A DNA stretch of 42,640 nt, from positions 1 through 42,640 of the IMG/VR virus record IMGVR_UViG_2886212900_000002; one strand, 5' to 3'. Both the position numbers and the translations under genes were made by a program. The stretch comes from a virus. Shown here one piece after another: positions 34,118 through 40,476 of the stretch; position 1 is the first letter of the stretch, and each line of letters opens with the position of its first letter. The notes beneath the pieces are model-generated. The model searched no databases and was not told the origin of the DNA. It was given only the letters and a program-made list of their open reading frames with translations.

Positions 34118-34465
34118 ATGCAATTAGATGAACTGACTAACGATGCAAAATTTCTCTTATCAGTAATGTACAAGCAATATATTAGTGATAGAAAAAGTGG
34201 TCATACTAAACGTGAAGCTAAATTTTTTGGCTCAGAAATAAGAATTCATGACACTCTTATGTCCGAGTGGGAACAGGATGATGTTCATGAAACTATTAAC
34301 GAACTGTCTAGAAATAAGCTGTTAGATGTTATTTATGGAAACGATGAAGCCGCAATTGTTAATTTATCAACTAATGCCATAGTCCTAATGGAACATAAAT
34401 TTCAAGATAAAGTTGATTCGATATTAAATTACGCAACTAAAATAAAAACATTGATCACTTTTTAG
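34118..34465 (+). CDS. Accessory gene (moron) of unknown function, antisense to the early operon (about 115 aa)
   Basis: The ATG at 34118 follows GAGGTG: MQLDELTNDAKFLLSVMYKQYISDRKSGHTKREAKFF... It has its own sigma-A-like promoter (TTGATT ... GTATACT at about 34056..34090), is AT-rich, and its stop overlaps the stop of the convergent gene 34462..34662. Confidence 0.55.
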   Translation: MQLDELTNDAKFLLSVMYKQYISDRKSGHTKREAKFFGSEIRIHDTLMSEWEQDDVHETINELSRNKLLDVIYGNDEAAIVNLSTNAIVLMEHKFQDKVDSILNYATKIKTLITF

Positions 34466-34662
34466 CCATGTACTACCCAGTCTTTAGCAATTAAGTCTTC
34501 GTAACTCGGTTCCCACCTTGGGGTGAATTTGTTATCTGCCACAATAATTATTCTTTCTGTAGTATTTGTTGGAATTAACCATATCGGTCGCGGAAACTGT
34601 GAACGTCTTGCAATTCCACGACCTGTTTTTTGTGCCATTATTATTGCTTTTCTCAACTTCAT
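34462..34662 (-). CDS. DUF2829-like small protein (short Tad2-like; candidate anti-Thoeris sponge)
   Basis: 66 aa with a strong RBS (AAGGAGG). N-terminal ..AIIMAQKTGRGIARRS.. and C-terminal ..PRWEPSYEDLIAKDWVV match my memory of the DUF2829 pattern (A.eA.k.GkkvaR.gW ... pW.pSq.DLlAeDW.i). The family-typical middle is much shorter. Confidence 0.4.
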   Translation of the reverse strand: MKLRKAIIMAQKTGRGIARRSQFPRPIWLIPTNTTERIIIVADNKFTPRWEPSYEDLIAKDWVVHG

Positions 34663-34674
34663 GTTGTTTCCTCC

Positions 34675-35388
34675 TTATGCTGTCTGCTCAACTTTAGGCA
34701 TGATTCCCTTTGATTCGAGAAAGTCATACAGGAAACGCTGCCCTATTTGCGTCCACTTCATTGTGTTACGAACTTGTTCCAGTCCTTTACTGTCCTTATA
34801 CGGAAATGGTTCAACGTGCGTGTATCCTAGATTCTGATACTTGGCATACAGCAACCACGTTTTACCTTGCTTGTATTGAATGCCTAATCCGTGCAGCAGC
34901 TTGTTAAACTCACGCGTTGAGTAGCCGTAGTTCTTAGCAATTACCGATGTTGTTTCCAACCCTGGATTAGCTAACATCTTGTCGGTGTAGTCTGCTTTAG
35001 GCTGCAGCACTGAAATTTTTTCCGCTTGATCAGCAGCCAAACGTAATGCTTCTGGCAGCGTAGCTGGAACTTGGAATTTAACTTGCTGTTCCATCTCGTT
35101 GAACGCGTCAATGTACTGGAGCTTGAATTGAAGCGCTTTGTTACCAGTGAACCCCATTGCTAGTAAGGTGAAACCATCACGGTTCAAGTAATATCCGCGT
35201 CGGTTTCGACCATAAGAATCGGGTAAATTTGTTTCCAAGAACATCTGCGCAAATTTGCGCACATCTTTCAGGTCGTCAATTGTTCGCAACACATCACGGT
35301 GATTCTTGCCAAACTTATCTGCTACCTGCAAGCTGCTAGTAACTGCTTGCTTGTCTTTCATAATTACTAATTCGTTCATATGGATCAT
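34675..35388 (-). CDS. Antirepressor (Rha-family N-terminus plus KilAC/ANT C-terminal domain)
   Basis: ...VTSSLQVADKFGKNHRDVLRTIDDL... then ...LPEALRLAADQAEKISVLQPKADYTDKML... Probable start is the ATG at 35379. Confidence 0.75.
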   Translation of the reverse strand: MIHMNELVIMKDKQAVTSSLQVADKFGKNHRDVLRTIDDLKDVRKFAQMFLETNLPDSYGRNRRGYYLNRDGFTLLAMGFTGNKALQFKLQYIDAFNEMEQQVKFQVPATLPEALRLAADQAEKISVLQPKADYTDKMLANPGLETTSVIAKNYGYSTREFNKLLHGLGIQYKQGKTWLLYAKYQNLGYTHVEPFPYKDSKGLEQVRNTMKWTQIGQRFLYDFLESKGIMPKVEQTA

Positions 35389-35394
35389 TCCTTT

Positions 35395-35643
35395 CTATGC
35401 TGATTGCTTAGGTCGCGTTAATGCGACTTTTTCTGTTAAAAAAATGTCAACTACCTCTTCATTTGTAAGAGGAATAAAACTTTGCATTTTTTTGATTTCG
35501 TTAATTGTGAACTTGTTTCCACCATCTTTTAATTTTCTAGATAAAGTGCTCCGGTTAATTCCTAAAGCCATTGACAATGATTCGTGAGTTACATGCCGTT
35601 CAACCATCAATCCTTTTAGACGATCAATTTTAATATCTAACAT
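35395..35643 (-). CDS. Cro-like HTH regulator
   Basis: 82 aa: ...HVTHESLSMALGINRSTLSRKLKDG... Divergent from the CI-like repressor. Confidence 0.7.
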   Translation of the reverse strand: MLDIKIDRLKGLMVERHVTHESLSMALGINRSTLSRKLKDGGNKFTINEIKKMQSFIPLTNEEVVDIFLTEKVALTRPKQSA

Positions 35644-35810
35644 ATAGGTAGTCTCTCCTTTCTAGTCGCATTGTTGCGACTCAATGAATAAATTATAATG
35701 CTTATCTTTGCAAAAAGCAATAGGGAAATCGCAAAAACGCGACTTTTTGTTGTTGCGTTTTTGCAACAACATGGTATACTAAAACCATCATATTAAGGAG
35801 GGGATTGTAA
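35644..35810. promoter_or_regulatory. Genetic switch: divergent promoters and four operator-like palindromes
   Basis: Palindromes: AGTCGCAttgtTGCGACT (35664..35681), TTGCaaaaaGCAA (35708..35720), TCGCaaaaacGCGA (35729..35742), GTTGTTGCgtttttGCAACAAC (35749..35770). Minus-strand promoter: TTGCTT, 17 nt, TATAAT (-10 at 35692..35697). Plus-strand promoter: TGgTATACT (-10 at 35775..35780). Confidence 0.6.
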
Positions 35811-36488
35811 ATGAATGTTGGCGAAAGAATGAAAAACATTCGCAAACAAAAAGGCATAAGTGCCGACGTGCTTGCAGAAGCTATTGATGTTTCTAGGTCT
35901 ACGATATTCAGATATGAAAACGGTGATATAGAAAAACTGCCAATCGAAGTAGTTGCACGTGTTGCAAACGCTTTGCATGTTTCCCTTGCTGAATTAATGG
36001 GACTTTCTAACGGTATTTTACCTGAAAAGATAAGTAACATAGTGTCTGAACTAACAGCAGATAGGCAACAAAACGTTTATAATTATGCTGATAAGCAGCT
36101 AAAAGAGCAAAAAAACAATGTTGTTCATATACCTAGGACTCAAATTAGGCTTCTAGGAGCTGTATCTGCTGGTACTGGTGAGGAACTGCAAGATGATACA
36201 ACCGAAGTTGATTACACAGGTATAATTCCTGATTATGATTATGCTTTACAAGTTAACGGTGATTCAATGGAACCGTTATTTACTGATCAGCAAATAATTT
36301 TTGTTAAATATGCAGAAGAAGCATTTAACGGACAGATAGTTATTGCTTACGTAGATGGTAAGGCTTATGTAAAGAAATACCATCAAACTGAATACAGTTG
36401 CCAACTAGTTAGTTTAAACGACAAATATGATCCGATAGATGTTAGCTATGACAAAAGCTTCAAGATAAAAGGAGTTGTAGTTTTGTAA
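35811..36488 (+). CDS. CI/LexA-like repressor (XRE HTH plus S24 autopeptidase)
   Basis: MNVGERMKNIRKQKGISADVLAEAIDVSRSTIFRYENG... and C-terminal ...VNGDSMEPLF...GQIVIAYVDGKAYVKKY (Ser/Lys dyad context). Confidence 0.85.
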   Translation: MNVGERMKNIRKQKGISADVLAEAIDVSRSTIFRYENGDIEKLPIEVVARVANALHVSLAELMGLSNGILPEKISNIVSELTADRQQNVYNYADKQLKEQKNNVVHIPRTQIRLLGAVSAGTGEELQDDTTEVDYTGIIPDYDYALQVNGDSMEPLFTDQQIIFVKYAEEAFNGQIVIAYVDGKAYVKKYHQTEYSCQLVSLNDKYDPIDVSYDKSFKIKGVVVL

Positions 36489-36507
36489 GTCCCCTACACG
36501 GGGACTT
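36487..36507 (+). terminator. Hairpin after the repressor gene (weak terminator)
   Basis: AAGTCCCC-TACAC-GGGGACTT, followed by only a poor U tract. Confidence 0.35.
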
Positions 36508-36614
36508 CTCTTAGCATTCAAAAAGAACATATGTTTGATTAACCGGGTGGTTGGTCATGGGTCCGAGTCCTGTGTAATCAGTTGATTCACAACTTGAATA
36601 TGGAGGTTGCTATT

Positions 36615-36929
36615 ATGACAACGTTTGAATTAGAAGAATACTTGGAAGCGAACAGTCAGATTGTCGACAATCTTCGGGATAAATATGCTGCGTTCCTAAA
36701 CGAACAAAACGCAGACCGCCCCACCAATAAAAAGTGGAGTAGCCTGCGCATTAAAAATGAGACCAGTAGTGCTGTCATCAAATTCATTAGCAATATCCAA
36801 GCCAAATTGAGTTCAGCCATGAAGCCCCGTCAGCGAAAATCTTATGATGGCTGGGTTGATTATATGGAACGCAATGAAATCATCGATAGCTTGGAAGAGT
36901 CCCTAATGGATCTGGAATTAGAAGACTGA
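36615..36929 (+). CDS. Hypothetical protein in the lysogeny-side operon (104 aa)
   Basis: The ATG at 36615 lies 8 nt after GGAGG (MTTFELEEYLEANSQ...). The track ORF starts at 36582. It occupies the slot that usually holds superinfection-exclusion or defence cargo. Confidence 0.5.
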   Translation: MTTFELEEYLEANSQIVDNLRDKYAAFLNEQNADRPTNKKWSSLRIKNETSSAVIKFISNIQAKLSSAMKPRQRKSYDGWVDYMERNEIIDSLEESLMDLELED

Positions 36930-36950
36930 AACACTGTTAAACTTCTAAGT

Positions 36951-36984
36951 AAAAAAAAGGTAAACCCAGATGGGTTTACCTTTT
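36951..36984. terminator. Bidirectional rho-independent terminator
   Basis: A8-GGTAAACCC-AGAT-GGGTTTACC-TTTT between convergent genes. Confidence 0.75.
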
Positions 36985-37004
36985 AATTAGCTGCTTAAGT
37001 TTAA

Positions 37005-38384
37005 TTAAGCAATCCAGCCATCACTTGAGGTAGTTGTGTTAGCAGAACCTAGCTTCAACGTAGCAGTGTAGTATGCGTTCAAAGTATCACCGTATACAGC
37101 ACGTGGGTTGTCTTTTGCAAGGTCAGTAGGAACAGTTAACTTGAATTCGTAATGGTATGCAGTACCATCGATAGTATAGTAAGTCTTGGTTCCTGTTAAA
37201 GTAGCTTTTTTCAAGGAATTTTCAACCTTAGTCAAATCAACGTTTGCAGTCTTGTCACCATCGAGAGTTGTGGCATCAAAACCAGATACCGTAACATCCT
37301 TAGTGGACAAAGTAGCATTCTTAGCAAGACCATTAACTACAGTAGCAGTAGTTGTATCAACTTTATCAACCTTCAAAGCAACCTTTGAAGTTGCAGTAGC
37401 AGTCACATCAACATATACAGTAGTACCATACTGTGCTGAAACAGTATAGCGAGAAGATACGGCATAGTTAGCTGGCTTTGCAGCCTTGATGTAATCAACA
37501 AGTGATTGGTTAGCTGTGTTCACAGCCTTAGTACCAACTGGATCCCCAGCCTTTGTGGTTGAAGTAGTTGCGCCATCAACCCAAGTTGCAGTACCAACAT
37601 TAGCCTTAGTAGAAGCATCACGGTAAACAACATTGACACTGTTATCACTGGTTGCAGCGTTAGCAGCAACAGTTAATGACAAACCACCTAAGTCTTGCTT
37701 AGTGTTATCGGTGATAGAAGCATCGAAGCCCTTACCAGCATAGATCCAGCCAGAGATTGAAGAATCCTTGCTATCAGTTACGTGATAGTACAAAGAACCT
37801 TCCTTAGTCTTAGTTGCAGCCTTGTCAACCGTGAATGGATCAGTCTTGGAAGCACCGTAAAGGCTAACCTTCTTGGCATGGATATCGGTATTCTTAGGAG
37901 CAGTCCAAAGAGTGTTCTTTGAAACATCCTTCAAGTAGTAACCGGTAGTACGTGCTGGAGTAGTAGCAGCAGTCGTAGTTTCAGCAGCTTTGATCCCGGC
38001 AGTAAATGTGCCAGCGGTCTTACCTGCGTAAACGTAACCACGGTACTTCTTGTCCATAGTAACGATCTTGTAGTATACGGAACCACGGTTAGTAGTCTTA
38101 GTACCGTATGCGTAGAAAGTGTCGCTAGACTTCTTAGAAGCAGCTAACTTAGCAACTGTCTTCTTAGAAGCAACGACCTTGGCACCCTTAACAGTACCTG
38201 GCTTTGAGTAAATGGCATTAGTACCAGTTACAGTAACATTTTGACTCTTGTCTGCAAGAGCGGTGTAAGCACCGGCAGTTGCATAGCTCTTAGCACTTGC
38301 AGTAGTGGTAGTAACAGCTGAAAGACCAGCTAAACCTAACACTGCAGCGCCTACATAAATAGACTTTGCGAATGATGAACGCAT
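37005..38384 (-). CDS. Secreted Thr/Ala-rich protein with repeated SH3b/GW-like modules (cell-surface or extracellular protein)
   Basis: Signal peptide MRSSFAKSIYVGAAVLGLAGLSAVTTTTASA|KS. Repeated ...SVYYKIVTMDKKYRGYVYAGK... and ...SLYYHVTDSKDSSISGWIYAGKG... It has its own promoter (TGTTATAAT at about 38448..38460 on the minus strand) and its own terminator. Confidence 0.65.
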   Translation of the reverse strand: MRSSFAKSIYVGAAVLGLAGLSAVTTTTASAKSYATAGAYTALADKSQNVTVTGTNAIYSKPGTVKGAKVVASKKTVAKLAASKKSSDTFYAYGTKTTNRGSVYYKIVTMDKKYRGYVYAGKTAGTFTAGIKAAETTTAATTPARTTGYYLKDVSKNTLWTAPKNTDIHAKKVSLYGASKTDPFTVDKAATKTKEGSLYYHVTDSKDSSISGWIYAGKGFDASITDNTKQDLGGLSLTVAANAATSDNSVNVVYRDASTKANVGTATWVDGATTSTTKAGDPVGTKAVNTANQSLVDYIKAAKPANYAVSSRYTVSAQYGTTVYVDVTATATSKVALKVDKVDTTTATVVNGLAKNATLSTKDVTVSGFDATTLDGDKTANVDLTKVENSLKKATLTGTKTYYTIDGTAYHYEFKLTVPTDLAKDNPRAVYGDTLNAYYTATLKLGSANTTTSSDGWIA

Positions 38385-38538
38385 AGATGAAAACCTCCTG
38401 TAATTTCTTTATTAGCAAAAAAGTTATGTAAATTATTACAACCATTTCTGCTAATAAGATTATAACATACGACGTCTATTATGCCAAAAGAAAATTTTAA
38501 AAAGTTCACAAAAAATTCACATTTGTAAAAAAGTCCAT

Positions 38539-38569
38539 AAAAAAGCCCTTCAACAAGTCAGCGGAAGGG
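38539..38569 (-). terminator. Minus-strand terminator-like hairpin
   Basis: The minus strand reads CCCTTC-(12 nt)-GAAGGG-C-TTTTTT. Confidence 0.4.
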
Positions 38570-38650
38570 AAGAAATCAAGGATTCATCTATGCAAAAACA
38601 ATTATAACCTATATGTAGTGAAAAAACAATATCAATGAAATATTTGTAAC

Positions 38651-38682
38651 AAAAAAAGGACGCCCTGCTTGAAGGAGCGTCC
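38651..38682 (-). terminator. Minus-strand rho-independent terminator
   Basis: The minus strand reads GGACGCTC...GGGCGTCC followed by TTTTTTT. Confidence 0.6.
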
Positions 38683-38863
38683 AATCTTCAAAGAAGGAAG
38701 AATAAAAACCAACTTTAAAGAAATCACTTTAAGTATAATAGCTTATAATTCCAGTAAAGTCAAACTAATTTTTGCCTTTCTAAGGCTAGTTTTTAAATTG
38801 ACCAGACTAGATTTAATATGTTAATATTCAATTGTTCTTCTATGAGATAGTCTGAACGTGCAT

Positions 38864-38907
38864 AAAATATGGATAGCCTACGACTGGCTATCCATATTTT
38901 ATTTTTT
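38864..38907 (+). terminator. Strong plus-strand rho-independent terminator (15-bp stem)
   Basis: AAAATATGGATAGCC-tacgact-GGCTATCCATATTTT followed by ATTTTTT. Confidence 0.7.
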
Positions 38908-38976
38908 AATTGCTACAATAATTTATAAATGCTATGATGTAAAAGTTCCAATCCTTCGGAACGTCCTCGTCTTTGG

Positions 38977-39027
38977 AAAAGCCACTCAAAGTTACCCTCA
39001 GCACACAACTTCTTTGGTGGCTTTTTT
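38977..39027. terminator. Bidirectional terminator-like hairpin
   Basis: AAAA-GCCACTCAAAG-(20 nt)-CTTTGGTGGC-TTTTTT. Confidence 0.5.
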
Positions 39028-39099
39028 GATTATTTACATTTTTCTCAAAGTGAACTATCATTTTTAGGATAACAAATAAAGTTTCATCCATTCATTTAC

Positions 39100-39140
39100 A
39101 AAAAAGAGGCTTCCAGCATAACACTGGAGACCTCTTTTTT
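39100..39140. terminator. Bidirectional terminator downstream of the BRCT ORF
   Basis: AAAAAA-GAGGCTTCCAG-cataaca-CTGGAGACCTC-TTTTTT. Confidence 0.6.
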
Positions 39141-39299
39141 ATATACCAATTTTTACTTTACATATTCAGCCTTATCCCAAGTAACCACCATTCGCCCTGA
39201 TAAAACAACGATCCGTTATTTTTTCCTTGTGAAAATTGACGGTATGGGATTGGTCTAGGTGAAAATCGCCCGAAAACTTAGGAAAGCCACTTTGTGAAG

Positions 39300-39578
39300 T
39301 TAACCGTCCAAACTCCTAGACCATTGCGCCAATCGTGCCTGACACCAGGCCAAAAACTCACGTTCTGAAATCGTTGGGGTTCCCGTCAATAACTTTTTTG
39401 TGATCGGCTCCTCACCTAAAACCGTCTCAATTAACCCAACCACTAAATAATCTGTCTGTTTCGTAACCCAATTTTGTGGTTTCGCCCCAAAGACTTTCGC
39501 CAAACTAAAAGCTTGATCCCGAGTCATGGTTGTTAAGCGACCGGTAAAAGCAATCTCACAATCTCTTAAATCAAGCAT
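39300..39578 (-). CDS. Stand-alone BRCT-domain protein (92 aa)
   Basis: ...CEIAFTGRLTTMTRDQAFSLAKVFGAKPQNWVTKQTDYLVVG...ITKKLLTGTPTISEREFLAW follows the LigA-type BRCT pattern (vFTG.L...sR.eA..l....Gakv..sVskkTdyLVvG...KA...g..Ii.E.eF). No convincing RBS. Confidence 0.5.
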   Translation of the reverse strand: MLDLRDCEIAFTGRLTTMTRDQAFSLAKVFGAKPQNWVTKQTDYLVVGLIETVLGEEPITKKLLTGTPTISEREFLAWCQARLAQWSRSLDG

Positions 39579-40103
39579 TTTAAATCATCAACTTTCTTGA
39601 TTCTAATGTTGGTTTTGACTTGACGGGTTACGATTTTCCATTCAGTTTAGAGGGAGTGACGTTTTGAGCGCAGAATTGTTCCCTGGAAACAGCTATTTGG
39701 AATAACTGAACCAGAGTACAATTCTACTACTAAAAGTTTCCCCTTAGTTCGTCGGTCGTTAACGCCCGTCGCTTGTCTGTACAATTGCGGTATTGCTACC
39801 ACCACTCATTATAAACCTACGTTTTCGGTTTAACCTACTAAAAAACGCCCTAGTAGGCGTTGGCAATACGTATTTATGTTTGTTCGATCACCAACTAATC
39901 AATGGCACCAAGCTGAAGCTTCGTTTTACCACCCGCGCCGTTAATGGTCGCGCTCACCATTCACCACCCAGCCGTACAGATGACCTTGTTGTGGTATAGC
40001 CAGACTTATTGAAGTCGCACTGGCAAACGTGTCCCCTTAGATTTAGACCCCAGCTTGTCCCCTAGGGCTTTAAAAATCGCACCGGCCATGATATAATAGT
40101 CAG

Positions 40104-40157
40104 TAACTTAGATGACTTCTGTGGCGCTCACCAACTCCAATTGGTGGGTGTTTTTTT
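40104..40157 (+). ncRNA. Candidate small RNA of about 55 nt (promoter to terminator unit)
   Basis: Extended -10 TGATATAAT (hexamer 40092..40097) with TTTAAA at -35 (40069..40074). The terminator stem CTCACCAA-ctccaa-TTGGTGGG (40127..40148) is followed by TG and T7. No ORF. Confidence 0.35.
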
Positions 40158-40220
40158 ATGTTCTATTTGATGTCTAAATCATATCTCAATAGCAAGAATA
40201 AGTAAAGGCACTTTTTACAT

Positions 40221-40436
40221 AGTTCTATAGAACCACGTAATTTATAATTCTATAAATCTATAGTTCTATAAATCTATAGATGTTCATTTCTATAGTTCTA
40301 TAAATCTATAGTTCTATAGAGCTGCTATGTCGGCAATATTCGCTATTTATTAGGTCTATAGAACTATAGATCTATAGTTCTATAGATATTCATTTCTATA
40401 GTTCTATAGATCTGAAGAAAATGTTCTATAGAATTT
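40221..40436. repeat. Centromere-like (parS) / iteron array: about 13 CTATAG plus 3 CTATAA cores, often as TTCTATAGAA palindromes
   Basis: Read directly, e.g. agTTCTATAGAAcc and gtCTATAGaaCTATAGatCTATAGttCTATAGata. Two longer direct repeats ttcatttctatagttctata(a/g)atct at about 40283..40308 and 40389..40414. Immediately upstream of parA and overlapping its promoter (TGCTATAAT at about 40447..40455). Confidence 0.75.
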
Positions 40437-40476
40437 TATTTTTTTATGCTATAATTTTTCCCAAAAGGATGTGTCT

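Noticed and set aside
35702-36040. 112-aa and 61-aa minus-strand ORFs across the switch region and the repressor gene
   Set aside because: They are antisense to the CI-like gene, whose HTH and S24 motifs are unambiguous. They would also run through the operator/promoter region. They are spurious.
38858-39091. Overlapping 69-aa (+) hydrophobic ORF and 61-aa (-) ORF, considered as a type I toxin or small membrane protein
   Set aside because: The plus-strand ORF starts at a GTG inside the stem of a 15-bp terminator hairpin and reads through a second terminator. The minus-strand ORF has no Shine-Dalgarno sequence. Neither resembles Fst/Lpt-type toxins in length. A toxin-antitoxin remnant is not fully excluded; see the sRNA-island finding.
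39793-39999. 68-aa plus-strand ORF in the non-coding region upstream of the par locus
   Set aside because: No RBS and an implausible composition. It spans the hairpin structures, so I treat the region as non-coding or RNA.
40221-40436. Possible CRISPR array suggested by the dense short repeats
   Set aside because: The units are 6-16 bp palindromic cores packed back to back with no unique spacers of 25-40 bp. There are no cas genes. The position flanking parAB fits centromere or iteron repeats instead.
36489-40470. Search for an integrase, excisionase or attP core in the usual position next to the repressor
   Set aside because: No ORF of suitable size or motif (R..HxxR..Y for tyrosine recombinases, or an N-terminal catalytic Ser domain) exists in any frame. 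The absence is used as evidence in the phage-plasmid finding rather than reported as a feature.
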